DNA of 64,000 nt from an uncultured cyanobacterium. GTDB taxonomy: Bacteria > Cyanobacteriota > Cyanobacteriia > PCC-9006 > JAAUQQ01. Both the position numbers and the translations under genes were made by a program. The notes under the pieces are model-generated. The model had not been told where the DNA came from and did not search any database. It worked only from the letters and a program-made list of their open reading frames with translations. Positions 42,499 through 52,664 of this stretch are shown here, piece by piece (positions within the stretch are counted from its first letter, which is position 1; each line of letters opens with the position of its first letter). The DNA is taken from NCBI GenBank assembly GCA_963718615.1, contig OY970368.1, forward strand, positions 3,488,001 through 3,552,000, read 5' to 3'.

Positions 42499-43725
42499 TT
42501 AGCCCGTCACCAACTGCCGATATCGATCGCCCAACTCCGGCCAAGTAAACGATTCCTCAATATAGGTCCGCGCATTCCGCGCCAAAGTTTGCCGCAACTC
42601 CCCATCGCCCAACAGCCGAAACACCGCTGCAATCGTCTCCTCCGCCGTATTTGCCCGCAAGGCTCGCAGAGGAACCCCTTCCCCATCCATGGCTAGACCC
42701 TCTAGGGCGCGATCGCTCCCCACCACCGGTACCCCCGCCGCCATGGCTTCCAGCGTCTTGTTTTTAATCCCAAACCCTGCCCGCATGGGTGCAACAAATA
42801 ACGTCGATTCATGCAACGCATCCGCCAAAGAAGGCACCCGTCCCGTGACAATAACCCCCGGATGGTTGGCTAAGGATTTCACCGATTCATGAGGCCGATT
42901 GCCGACAATCGCTAACGTCAATTCAGGATAACGGGTCTGAATCTGGGGAAAAATATCCTGGGCCAAATGTAGAGCCGTATCGATATTAATCGAATAGTCA
43001 AACGTACCCGTAAAAATGAGCTGAGGCCGCTCAGGTTCCTGAGTACGATAGGTAAATTCGTTGAGGTCTACACCGTTGGGAATCACTTCCGAATCGAGCT
43101 CTGAAACCATCTGCAAAATTTGGGATTGATCTTCTGGGGTTGTAACAGCAGCAGCGGAAAACTTTTGGTAGGACTGCTGCTCATAGCGACGCAAAAGGGG
43201 GAGCGTGAGGCGATCGCGCCAAACATTATCCGTAATTCCCAAATCCAAATTGCTCAGCTTGGTGCAATAGTCCGAGCTATGGACATTGATAATTGTGCGA
43301 ACTTTACCCTTCCATTCGGGTCGAATATAGAGCGCATTGACGCTGTGCTCACAGGTGATGGCCTCGAAACGGTTTTGGGCGATCGCCTCATCCAACCAAG
43401 CCTGAACTTCAGGAGCGTAATAGTGCTGCACATTGGGCGGCGTCCCGGTCAGGAGATAGTCGCCGAGGCGTTGTAGTTTAGCGGATAACCCCGCCGAGGC
43501 CGTCTGAGGCGGTTCAAACAAAACCAGCTCATCCACATGTTGTCGCAACGCCGCAATCTCTTCGTCCGTGACATAGGGCTCCTGAAACGCCAGCAGCGTG
43601 ATCCGATGCTGCGCCCGCAACGCTTCAAGACAATAGAACGTGCGAATCTCAGTACCTCCACGGGTGGCGGGGTAGGGAAATTTGGCGGAGAGCATCAAAA
43701 CGTTCATAGGACGGTGGCTGGGCAA
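42499..43725 (-). CDS. Glycosyltransferase family 4
   Basis: VIPNGVD, GIKNKTLEAMAAGVPVV. Confidence 0.92.
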   Translation of the reverse strand: MPSHRPMNVLMLSAKFPYPATRGGTEIRTFYCLEALRAQHRITLLAFQEPYVTDEEIAALRQHVDELVLFEPPQTASAGLSAKLQRLGDYLLTGTPPNVQHYYAPEVQAWLDEAIAQNRFEAITCEHSVNALYIRPEWKGKVRTIINVHSSDYCTKLSNLDLGITDNVWRDRLTLPLLRRYEQQSYQKFSAAAVTTPEDQSQILQMVSELDSEVIPNGVDLNEFTYRTQEPERPQLIFTGTFDYSINIDTALHLAQDIFPQIQTRYPELTLAIVGNRPHESVKSLANHPGVIVTGRVPSLADALHESTLFVAPMRAGFGIKNKTLEAMAAGVPVVGSDRALEGLAMDGEGVPLRALRANTAEETIAAVFRLLGDGELRQTLARNARTYIEESFTWPELGDRYRQLVTG

Positions 43726-43941
43726 AGGACAGGGAAGGAAGAAAGAACAGGTGCCAGTGAATAGGTGCTAGTGAATAGGTGCAAGTAACGTAACCCCGAC
43801 CCTTTGATTGTTCCCAAAATCAGCAGGGGGTGATGGGGCGATCGCGAAAAAACACAGGCCCCACAAAACCCGATAGAATAGCCATCCGTCAACTTTGCTG
43901 AAAAATTTGCCGATCCCCTTGGGCGATCGCCTTTCCCCACC

Positions 43942-44760
43942 ATGGACGTCACCCTCCCCGCTCCTCCTGCTCTGCCCTCCAAAAACGCCAAAAAACTAGA
44001 GGCCCAGCTCCGGGGTCTTGTGGGTCGGGCAATCGAAGATTATCGCATGATCGAGGCGGGCGATCGCGTCATGGTCTGTCTTTCCGGCGGCAAGGATTCC
44101 TATACCTTGCTCTCGCTGTTGATGTCGCTACAACGTCGTGCCCCAGTTGACTTTGAACTCTTAGCGGTCAACCTCAATCAAAAGCAGCCCGGTTTTCCCA
44201 CGGACGTCCTGCCCAATTATTTCAAAGCCGTCGGCGTGCCCTACCGCATCGTCGAACAAGATACCTACAGCACCGTTACCCGCATTATTCCGGCGGGGCA
44301 AACCCTGTGTGGGCTCTGTTCCAGACTGCGTCGGGGCGTGCTCTACCGCGTGGCGGCTGAGGAGGGTGCCACCAAAATCGCCTTGGGTCACCATCGCGAT
44401 GACATCGTCGAAACCCTTTTTCTAAATATGTTCCACGGGGGGCGGATGAAAGCCATGCCCCCTAAGCTCCGCACCGACGACGGCCAACACATCGTGATTC
44501 GGCCCCTCGCCTATTGCGCCGAAAAGGACATTGCCCGCTACGCCCGCTACCGTGAATTTCCGATCATTCCCTGCAACCTCTGTGGCTCCCAGGAGAATCT
44601 CCAGCGGGTGCAAATCAAGCAAATGCTTCAGGCTTGGGAGGCGGAGACCCCAGGCCGGATTGATAGCCTATTTCGCAGTTTGCAAAACGTTACGCCGTCC
44701 CATTTGGCGGATATTAACTTGTTTAATTTTGCCGAGTTGTTGCCTCAACGCTTGCCCTAA
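43942..44760 (+). CDS. ttcA: tRNA 2-thiocytidine(32) synthetase
   Basis: [29 protein letters not shown]. Confidence 0.96.
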   Translation: MDVTLPAPPALPSKNAKKLEAQLRGLVGRAIEDYRMIEAGDRVMVCLSGGKDSYTLLSLLMSLQRRAPVDFELLAVNLNQKQPGFPTDVLPNYFKAVGVPYRIVEQDTYSTVTRIIPAGQTLCGLCSRLRRGVLYRVAAEEGATKIALGHHRDDIVETLFLNMFHGGRMKAMPPKLRTDDGQHIVIRPLAYCAEKDIARYARYREFPIIPCNLCGSQENLQRVQIKQMLQAWEAETPGRIDSLFRSLQNVTPSHLADINLFNFAELLPQRLP

Positions 44761-45214
44761 AGGTCAACGGTCCGACCACGCCATTCACATTGGAAACCGG
44801 CTTGCCCGTCCGCTGGAGCAAAATTACCGCTTCGCGGGTGCGGGGACCAAAGAGACCGTCGATCGCCCCATGATACAACCGCTGACGCTGGAGGCCCTGC
44901 TGGAGTTGACGGACGCTTTTGCCGCGATCGCCCTGGCGCAAAAACCGACCTGGCTGGCGATCGGGCCATTCCCACTCGGCAGCCAAAGCCCGCCACGTAT
45001 CTGGGTTGACGATGCCATCGGCTTCAACGGGTTGATGGGCCTGGAAATTCAGCACTGCGATCTCAGTCAGCGGTCCAAAAATACCATCGACAGCTCCCAG
45101 TTCGTCCAGATCCGCCCCGGCTCTGGCCAGGAGCAAATGCTGTAAATCAAACACTTCAGGGCCACGGGAGCCTTGCTTGAGGACGGTGATTGTGATGACT
45201 GCCATGGGTTTCAC
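44723..45214 (-). CDS. Tandem peptidoglycan-binding domain protein
   Basis: LKQGSRG..DGIFGP and LRQGDRG..DGLFGP. Confidence 0.85.
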   Translation of the reverse strand: MKPMAVITITVLKQGSRGPEVFDLQHLLLARAGADLDELGAVDGIFGPLTEIAVLNFQAHQPVEADGIVNPDTWRALAAEWEWPDRQPGRFLRQGDRGKSVRQLQQGLQRQRLYHGAIDGLFGPRTREAVILLQRTGKPVSNVNGVVGPLTFRASVEATTRQN

Positions 45215-45368
45215 TCCTGAGAGAGGACTTTATCCTTTTCCATTCCATTGTCGTCAATTCCACGGAGTTTGGCCTCACCCGTAAGGGTACTTTTCAGCCT
45301 TTGCCATTTCCCCAAAACACGGCTAGAGTCATGGCCGTTCAAAATCGCGGAATCCCCATTCAGGTTTT

Positions 45369-45875
45369 ATGGCTCAGCTTGCTCCCCTCCAACTTGAAGA
45401 CGGCACGATGATTTATATCGAAGCCGAAGCAATGATTGCTGAACCCCTGGCGATCGCCTCCCCTTCTGAGCCCCTCACTCCCGAACCCACCCGAGGTGAC
45501 GGTGGCGGCGCAGCCAAAGGCTGGAACAGTAGCCATCAAACCAGTAACCAGCACACCAGTAACCAGCCAACAGCCAGCCGTACCGCCGCAACGAATCGCC
45601 TAGCCTCCTTGGAAACCACTATCCAGTCCTACACCCGCTCCGCCGTCCAGGCAGTCCAGCAAGTCGCCACGGGGAACATCAACAAAGTCACACTGGAATT
45701 CGGGGTCAAAATCAGCGGTGAAGCGGGCATTCCGTACATCACCAAGGGCACGGCAGAAAGCAATCTGAAGGTGACGGTGGAATGTGCCTTTGCCAAGCTC
45801 AATGCCGAGAACTTGCATGCCGAGAACTTGCATGCCGAGAACTTGAATGCCGAGAACCTGAATACCGAGGCATAG
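45369..45875 (+). CDS. CU044_2847/Trypco1-like protein
   Basis: LEDG..IYIE...KVTLEFGVKISGEAG..ITKGTAESNLKVTV. Confidence 0.78.
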   Translation: MAQLAPLQLEDGTMIYIEAEAMIAEPLAIASPSEPLTPEPTRGDGGGAAKGWNSSHQTSNQHTSNQPTASRTAATNRLASLETTIQSYTRSAVQAVQQVATGNINKVTLEFGVKISGEAGIPYITKGTAESNLKVTVECAFAKLNAENLHAENLHAENLNAENLNTEA

Positions 45876-47175
45876 CCCAAGCCAGCGTTGCGGCCCGGCC
45901 CACCATGAGCATCACCATCGCCAGCCACAGGAGCGTCGGACTTTGGCGCTGCCCTGCCGCGATCGCCACTGGCCCATAGAATCCCAAGACTGACACCAGC
46001 GAGGCATTGCGCAGGACTCGCCCCGCCGTTAAACCCAGAAAATAGCCGTCTAGGGTGAAGGCGATCGCCCCAATCCCTAACACAGGCAGTAACCATCCCG
46101 AAAACTGGGCAACGGTTGCCAAAACATCGGTGTGGGAGGTTAGCAATTGGAAGAGACTGGGAAATTGGATAAAGGCGATCGCAAACAAGACCCCCGTTAC
46201 CACGCTGACCCCACCGGACAGTCCTAGGAGCTGGCGGAGCTGGGCTTGCGCGCCACCCTCGCCCCAAAACCGACCGGCGAACGTTTCTGTGGCAAAGGCA
46301 AACCCGTCGATCCAGTAGGAGGCAAGCCCCACCCCCTGAATAAGTAAACTGTTCGCCGCCAGAATTTCGGTCCCCATGCCTGCACCGAGACGGGTGAAAC
46401 TGCTAAAGGCCGAAACCAGCACAAAGGTGCGAATCAAAATATCGCGGTTGAGCTGGAACAGGGCTTTGAGGGCGGGCCAGTCGAGGAGCTGTTTGCGTAG
46501 AACTGGCCAGTTTTGATCGCGCAACTCACCCCAGAGAAAGCCTAAACCCGCTCCCAGCATCAGGTACTGGCTGAGGGCTGTTGCTGCCCCGGCCCCAGCG
46601 CTGGCCCAACCCAGCCGAACGACAAAACCATAGTCCAGAATGATATTAGCTCCATTGGCGATCGCCGATAGGATTAAGACCCGCCGTCCCTGTCCCTGTC
46701 CTAAAAACCAGCCCAGCAAAACAAAATTCAGCAGCGTTGCCGGAGCATCCCAGACGCGGCTATGGAAGAAGGCAATGCCCGCCTGCTGCACGGCATCGCT
46801 GCCGCCAAGCAACGCAAAGCCCAGTTGGCGTAGGGGGATTTGAAATAGGAGAATCCCAAACCCGGCGATCAGAGCGATCGCCCCATTCCGCACCAAAATC
46901 AACAAAAGCTGACCCTGCCGATCTTCGCCACTACCCAACACCTGGGCCGTCATGCCAGTGGTTCCCATGCGCAGAAAGCCAAAGGTCCAGTAGAGGTAGT
47001 TAAACAAGACAGTTGCTAGAGCAACCCCAGCCAGATACCTGATATCACTGAGATGTCCCAGAAAGGCGGTATCAATTAGACCGGCGAGGGGCACAAGCAA
47101 GTTGGAGAGAATATTGGCAGCGGAGAGCTTGAAAAAAGCCCCAGTAAAAGACGGAAATTTCGGGAGCGCGACCAT
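45799..47175 (-). CDS. MATE (DinF-like) efflux transporter
   Basis: PLAGLIDTAFLGH, FGFLRMGTTG, DGFAFA. Confidence 0.93.
   Translation of the reverse strand: MVALPKFPSFTGAFFKLSAANILSNLLVPLAGLIDTAFLGHLSDIRYLAGVALATVLFNYLYWTFGFLRMGTTGMTAQVLGSGEDRQGQLLLILVRNGAIALIAGFGILLFQIPLRQLGFALLGGSDAVQQAGIAFFHSRVWDAPATLLNFVLLGWFLGQGQGRRVLILSAIANGANIILDYGFVVRLGWASAGAGAATALSQYLMLGAGLGFLWGELRDQNWPVLRKQLLDWPALKALFQLNRDILIRTFVLVSAFSSFTRLGAGMGTEILAANSLLIQGVGLASYWIDGFAFATETFAGRFWGEGGAQAQLRQLLGLSGGVSVVTGVLFAIAFIQFPSLFQLLTSHTDVLATVAQFSGWLLPVLGIGAIAFTLDGYFLGLTAGRVLRNASLVSVLGFYGPVAIAAGQRQSPTLLWLAMVMLMVGRAATLAWAMPRYSGSRHSSSRHASSRHASSRH
45801..45870. repeat. 15-bp tandem repeat in the overlap of two convergent genes
   Basis: ATGCCGAGAACTTG(C/A), about 4.5 copies. 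Confidence 0.9.
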
Positions 47176-47355
47176 AGGGGAGGAACCGGAAAAGGGCCGG
47201 AAAAATGTGGTTTGAGGCAAGATAGACGGCTCAAGCTGCCGGGAGATTCCACCATTTCACCGGAATTCCATCGCGTCCACCTCGATACCCTCCATTTCTA
47301 TGCTACGATTAGCGATCGTGACTTACTGAACGATCTCAAACCCGCGTTTATATCC

Positions 47356-47625
47356 ATGGCTCTCACCCAACAGCAGAAGCAAGAACTCATGAGCGACTAC
47401 CAGGTCCACGAGACGGACACTGGTTCGGCAGACTTGCAGGTTGCGATGCTCTCGCACCGCATTAAGCAGCTCAGTGAGCACCTCCAGAAGAACAAAAAAG
47501 ACTACGCTTCTCGCCAAGGGCTGCTGAAGATGATTGGTCGCCGTAAGCGTCTGCTGGGCTATATCCAAAAGCATGACGTCGAGCGTTACCGGTCGTTGAT
47601 TCAGAAGCTCGGCATTCGCGGTTAA
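47356..47625 (+). CDS. rpsO: 30S ribosomal protein S15
   Basis: HETDTGSADLQVA..DYASRQGLL..LGIRG; 89 aa from ATG 47356. Confidence 0.98.
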   Translation: MALTQQQKQELMSDYQVHETDTGSADLQVAMLSHRIKQLSEHLQKNKKDYASRQGLLKMIGRRKRLLGYIQKHDVERYRSLIQKLGIRG

Positions 47626-47629
47626 ACCC

Positions 47630-48148
47630 ATGGCGGACCCCAAATCTCTCAGTGATGAGCAGGAGCGCCTCCCCTTTGAGCCCAGCAAGGGCCGTAAAAA
47701 GAAGGAGGCGACTCAGGCTCATAAACCCAAGGCGGAGCCCCGGCGAGGCAGTCCTGAAGACAAGGCCAGTCGGCGCAGTGCTTCGCGGGCATCCAATCGC
47801 CCCAAATCTCTGGAGGAGACTCGCATTCCAGATGCCGTGGGCAAGCGGATGATCACGCGCATGGCCTTATTTTCTGGGATCCCGACTTTTCTCGGTGTTG
47901 CGACCTTTTTCGCGGCTTATTTTGTCATCACCCAAGGAATTTTTGAAATTCCCAACGTGTTTGTGGTCTCCACCAGCATGCTTTTCTTCGGCCTGGGCGT
48001 GGTTGGTTTGAGTTATGGGGTCCTCTCCGCTTCCTGGGAAGAAGAGGTCTCCGGAACAGCCCTGGGAGCCCAGGAATTTGCCTTAAACTTTAGTCGCTTG
48101 AGGGGCGCTTGGCGCGAGGCCCGCGAGGCTAAAGCTAAAAAGGATTGA
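47630..48148 (+). CDS. pam68: PAM68-family (DUF3464) PSII assembly factor
   Basis: IPDAVGKRM..GIPT..GLSYGVLSASWE; typical position after rpsO. Confidence 0.9.
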   Translation: MADPKSLSDEQERLPFEPSKGRKKKEATQAHKPKAEPRRGSPEDKASRRSASRASNRPKSLEETRIPDAVGKRMITRMALFSGIPTFLGVATFFAAYFVITQGIFEIPNVFVVSTSMLFFGLGVVGLSYGVLSASWEEEVSGTALGAQEFALNFSRLRGAWREAREAKAKKD

Positions 48149-48288
48149 AGTGCTAACTGAATGCTGATTGAAGCACTGCTGCCTGTTGCCCGCCATGGGT
48201 GACCCGCTACGTTTCGGCTTCTGCATTTTGATAGATGCTCGGCTCTGGGAGCTACCGCTAGGATCAGGCGGTTCATCGCTGAGGGTGC

Positions 48289-50259
48289 TTGAATCCGCCT
48301 GTGACTTCTTTTGTGCCGTCCGGTAGCCTGCTCTTCCTGGCCATCGTTGCGAGCCTGCTGCTGTCGATCGCCTTTCAGCTTCTTCTTGCAAATTTGGGGC
48401 TAGCCGTAGGGTTAACCCTGGCGAAGCCAGCCCTTGATTTGGCCTCTGCCCAGCCGGAATCCCCGTCTAGCACATCTCAGTCCCGTGGCTCTCGTGCTCC
48501 AGAGTCTCAGTCTCCAGATAACGGTTTAGCCGGTCTAGGGGCATGGGCGGGACTCGGCCTTTGTTTGGGTCTGGATATGGTTTTGTTTGCCTCTTGTTTC
48601 CTGACCGTGCGGTTGAGCTTTTTGCAGGCACCCGTGTTGGGTGCAACGCTGGGTCTGATTACCTGGGCAGCCCATCTGCTGCTGTTATTTTGGGTGAGTA
48701 CTACAGCGGTCGGGTCTACACTGGAGGTGTTGCTAGGGGGGACGACAGCAGGGATTCGTAAGCTACTCCGTTGGGTTCGGCAAACCCCGAAGGATCTGGA
48801 TGACAAGAGCGATACTGAAAAGAGCGATACTGAAAAGAGCGATGGCGATCGCCTCAATCAAATCCAAAACCAGCTCAACAGGGCACTCCATCAGTTGGAG
48901 GAGATGCAAGCTCAAATGCGGGATTCGCTCCACCCCATTGCATCGCCACAAATTTCATCGCCACAAATTTCATCACCGCAAATTTCACCAGACCTGTCGA
49001 CCAGCGCATCGCAACCAGATCCTGCATCCGATGCACTCTTGCCCCAACTACGAGAAAAGTTGACGACTGTTTTAGACAACCTGGATTTTGATCTCAAGGC
49101 GAAGCTGCAAGAAGCCCTCGCTGAAATCGATCCCTCCGACTGGGATTTAGCAACGCTGTGGCAGCAGATGCGCTCCCCAGGCAAACTAGAGGATTCAGAA
49201 CCAGAGAGCCCAGAACCAGAGAGCCCAAAACCAGATTCGCCTCGCCTGTCTGACGCGGCCATTGCCGATGTTAATACCCAGCTCCAAAGTTACTTTCGAT
49301 ATACCAACCGTAAAAAGTTAACCCCCGAGGGCGTGACCCAAAAGCTAGAAGTGGTCTTGACGCCTTGGATTGCCACGGATAACTTCCCGGATAACTTCAC
49401 GGATAACTTAGCGATCGCCCGCAGCGCCATAAGCGCCATCGATCAAGCAGCACTCAAAACAATTTTGACCCATCGTAATAGCCTGTCGCCCCGCCGAGTC
49501 CAGAAACTCCTCGCTCCATTGCAACAGGAACAACCTCTCAAGGCGAATCAAACGGCCCCTGTCCCGGAGCCAGGGACGGCAATCGAGTCCAAAGCGCTCA
49601 AAGAACCCAAAGCGCTCACAGCGTTCAAAGCCAACACGCTGCATCCAGTTGTAGAAACTCTGCAATCGCTGTTTCAAGACTTAGATTTGGGCGTAGAGGT
49701 CAGTCAACTGTCCTGGGCTGAGGTGCAAAGTGTGCTGTGGGAATTTTCTTCTGAAAGTTTCGAGGCTGAAAATCTAGATCTAGAAATTTTGCAAGAACGC
49801 TGGGGGCGATCGCTCCACCATTGGACCCAAACAGCACAGGGTGCGGTTCAAACCTTAGAAGATCAGCTTAAAGCCACAGCTCAAGAATCGACTGCACTTT
49901 TAAGTCATTTGCCAGAACATCCGCTTCATCAACTGCAAAACCAGGTCCAAAGCTTACTCGGAGGCACCCTGGCAGAGCTACAAAATCTTCCCCATTTGCC
50001 CCAAGCGGCTGCCGAACAATTGCAAACGATGCTGACTCAAACCCAGTCCCAAATCGTCAGGCAGATTGAGCAAGCCCAGGCCGGTCTGGAAACTCAAGCG
50101 CAGCAGTTACAAACCCAGGCGATCGCCCAAGCTGAAGCTGTTCGACATTTGGCGGCGATCGCGGCCTGGTGGCTGTTTGCCCTGGTCTTTTCTTCGGGCT
50201 GCACGGCAGCTCTAGCCGGTTACTGGGCAGCTTTACAAAATGCCTCTTGCCTCGTCTGA
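48289..50259 (+). CDS. Hypothetical membrane protein with long helical soluble region
   Basis: N-terminal TMs (AFQLLLANLGLAVG), C-terminal AAWWLF TM; 656-aa ORF. Confidence 0.72.
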   Translation: MNPPVTSFVPSGSLLFLAIVASLLLSIAFQLLLANLGLAVGLTLAKPALDLASAQPESPSSTSQSRGSRAPESQSPDNGLAGLGAWAGLGLCLGLDMVLFASCFLTVRLSFLQAPVLGATLGLITWAAHLLLLFWVSTTAVGSTLEVLLGGTTAGIRKLLRWVRQTPKDLDDKSDTEKSDTEKSDGDRLNQIQNQLNRALHQLEEMQAQMRDSLHPIASPQISSPQISSPQISPDLSTSASQPDPASDALLPQLREKLTTVLDNLDFDLKAKLQEALAEIDPSDWDLATLWQQMRSPGKLEDSEPESPEPESPKPDSPRLSDAAIADVNTQLQSYFRYTNRKKLTPEGVTQKLEVVLTPWIATDNFPDNFTDNLAIARSAISAIDQAALKTILTHRNSLSPRRVQKLLAPLQQEQPLKANQTAPVPEPGTAIESKALKEPKALTAFKANTLHPVVETLQSLFQDLDLGVEVSQLSWAEVQSVLWEFSSESFEAENLDLEILQERWGRSLHHWTQTAQGAVQTLEDQLKATAQESTALLSHLPEHPLHQLQNQVQSLLGGTLAELQNLPHLPQAAAEQLQTMLTQTQSQIVRQIEQAQAGLETQAQQLQTQAIAQAEAVRHLAAIAAWWLFALVFSSGCTAALAGYWAALQNASCLV

Positions 50260-50526
50260 TCCAAGTTTATAAGTTGGTAGTGCTTTTGTGTCAAAATAGA
50301 TTGATCTTCCCCTCAAGAAGTAGACAGAGAAGTTAAGCTGCGACGGATTGATTGAGAGAGAGCCAGTATTGCGCCTCAAATTGAACAGGGGGAGAGAAAA
50401 CCAATGGGTGAGGCTTGACGCTGACCTAAGGCTGCCTCTAATGCCGTCAACAGGGTTAAACGGAAATCCGTGCAAAGATTTCTGAAGAAAAAGCATTCTA
50501 GGTCTTCCTATCCAGGGAATTACGGA

Positions 50527-50637
50527 TATTATGCAGAATAGTGTTCCGTCTCATCTCCCTCATTCGGGATTATGCGGAATTGGGTTTCTGCATAATCTTC
50601 TGTGTTGGGTATTATGCAGAATCCGATTCCATCTAAT
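50527..50637. promoter_or_regulatory. Three evenly spaced imperfect palindromes (ATTATGCRGAA arms); possible recombinase res/att site or operator
   Basis: Arms start at 50528, 50569 and 50611; central site ATTATGCGGAA-N6-TTCTGCATAAT. Confidence 0.55.
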
Positions 50638-50879
50638 GGCTGTTTTGGATAAATAGGCCGGACAGATCCTATATAATGCCCCATCTCAAGGAATTAGACA
50701 GAATTAATTCAGTTTAATTAACCATTGTATGCGCGATTCGAAGTCGTTCGGGGGAGCTGGAAAGAACTCCAAAATTCTTTCCCAGCTAGTGTTCAATCGG
50801 ATGTCCACCTCGGAATGTTCAACTAGTAATGAGAGGGAAGAATCAGCAGATTATCCGCTTGCGACAAGGACAATGTCAG

Positions 50880-51110
50880 CTATGTGGGAGTCTCTTTTCA
50901 ACAGAGAACTGCTGCATGTTCATCACAATCTGCCGCGTCGTCTAGGAGGGACTAAGCATGCTTCCAATTTTATGGCACTCCATCGAGTTTGCCATCAACA
51001 ATTGCATCGTTGAGCCATAAATTTTGCTTGATTTGTGTACAGTACAAGTTGTACGCGCGGTTCTAAGGAGAGAGGGGAGGCTATATATGAAACCTATCCC
51101 TTTATCCAAC
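50880..51110 (+). mobile_element. Degenerate group II intron 3' remnant
   Basis: HNH fragment HVHH..GG..LHRVCHQQLH, then domain V-like 34-mer (51030-51063) and domain VI ending ATCCAAC. Confidence 0.82.
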
Positions 51111-51221
51111 GACTATTGGTATTTACTTCTAACAACCTGCGAAGAATTTTTTTCTTGAAGGATTAGGTTGAATACCATTGCTCTTAGATACAAAATCTAA
51201 ACGAATCTGAAGGAGTCTAAA

Positions 51222-52580
51222 ATGCCAGTTGTAAAAGTGCCTGAAGCTTCACTCTCCTATTATCTGATCGCTTTCGACAAAGACGGAAAAGAGCGATCTG
51301 AGTCGGATGGCTTCCTGTGCCAACAGATATTGGATGTTTTGGTGAGTGAGCCCATCACGGATGTGTTTTTGATTAGTCATGGTTGGCTAGGAGATGTGCC
51401 TGCAGCGAAGAGACAATATAACGAATGGATCAGAGCAATGGTAGACAGTGAAGATGCTCAAAAAGTAAAAGCATCACATCCTGACTTTAAGCCCTTGATG
51501 ATCGGTCTTCACTGGCCTAGTAAACCCTATGGAAATGAAGACTTAAATGCATCTTTTTCGTTTGATTTGGCAGAACCACAAGCCAATGACATGATCGAAA
51601 ACTATGCAACTGAAGTCTCAGACACACAGGCTACTCGGGATGCATTTAAAGAGATTATTGCCGCAGAAAACAAGCTGCGACATGCTTACCAAACAATCCT
51701 TCGTGAAGCTTACGCGAGTGATGGTGCTAACCATTCAGAAGAGTGGGAACAGGCCGAGCCTTTGCTAAAAAACGCACAACTATCAAAAACTCGAGACAAC
51801 GCCAGCAAAAGCAACGTAAGTTTGGGGGATGATGTAGCTTTTGGTCTGGAAGACAACTTCATGGATGCCATCTCAGACTTCGATTTCAAAGATGCTCTTC
51901 TAAAACTACCGCGAATGGCTTCTTACTGGAAGATGAAAAACTTGGCCCGTACCATAGGCCAAAGCGGTGGGTTTGACTTGTTGCAAAAGCTTCAGCAAAA
52001 AGCGAACGAGAAGGTACGTTTTCATCTTATAGGACACAGTTTTGGCACCATTGTTGTGTCCTCGATGCTTAGAGGCCCCGAAAAAGACAGTCAGCTTGTA
52101 CGCCCGGTCAACTCGCTTAGTCTGATACAGGGAGCCGTATCCCTGTGGTCGTATTGTCCTCAAATTCCTAAAAGGGATAATCTTGAGGGCTATTTTTACT
52201 CTATCATTCGCGATAAGAAAGTTGCAGGCCCTATTATCACAACACTCTCAAAATATGATAAAGCGGTAAGACTCATGTATCCTCTCGCTAGTCATGCTGG
52301 CTTACTAGGCGGAGCAGACATTGACTTTGACGTGAACTTTGGTGATTCAGCCTATCCTATCGTAGGTGGAATCGGAACTTATGGTATTCAAGGCAACGGT
52401 CTACTAGACGTTGAAGATATCCTAATGAAGTCCCAAGACAAAGCCTATCGATTCAAGCCCGGTTTTATTTACAACTTGAATAGTGACAACTTTATTCAGG
52501 ATGGAACAAAAGATGCTCACTGTGCTATCGCTAAGCCCGAAGTCGCACATGCTGTCTGGTCCGCTGCATTTAGCGTTTAG
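51222..52580 (+). CDS. Alpha/beta hydrolase
   Basis: SHGW, GLHWPS, HLIGHSFG, Asp (YDKA), C-terminal AH; AAGGAG RBS. Confidence 0.85.
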   Translation: MPVVKVPEASLSYYLIAFDKDGKERSESDGFLCQQILDVLVSEPITDVFLISHGWLGDVPAAKRQYNEWIRAMVDSEDAQKVKASHPDFKPLMIGLHWPSKPYGNEDLNASFSFDLAEPQANDMIENYATEVSDTQATRDAFKEIIAAENKLRHAYQTILREAYASDGANHSEEWEQAEPLLKNAQLSKTRDNASKSNVSLGDDVAFGLEDNFMDAISDFDFKDALLKLPRMASYWKMKNLARTIGQSGGFDLLQKLQQKANEKVRFHLIGHSFGTIVVSSMLRGPEKDSQLVRPVNSLSLIQGAVSLWSYCPQIPKRDNLEGYFYSIIRDKKVAGPIITTLSKYDKAVRLMYPLASHAGLLGGADIDFDVNFGDSAYPIVGGIGTYGIQGNGLLDVEDILMKSQDKAYRFKPGFIYNLNSDNFIQDGTKDAHCAIAKPEVAHAVWSAAFSV

Positions 52581-52664
52581 CTTCATCTTGCCAGCAAGTA
52601 TCTAGGCAAAAAGTATCGAGTCGAAAAATATCCATTTGATGTCCATCTTTCTCCAGAACTAGCT

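Noticed and set aside
47212-47355. N-terminal extensions of rpsO (and of gyrB, ruvB, rlpA) in the ORF track
   Set aside because: Homology begins at downstream ATGs; the extensions come from upstream TTG/GTG codons.
50568-50622. Chromosomal dif site
   Set aside because: The GCATAA/TTATG arms are not in the dif orientation with a 6-bp core; kept only as a generic recombinase-like site.
50729-51013. 94-aa ORF as a functional HNH nuclease
   Set aside because: Only the last 30 or so residues are HNH-like; it is part of the intron remnant.
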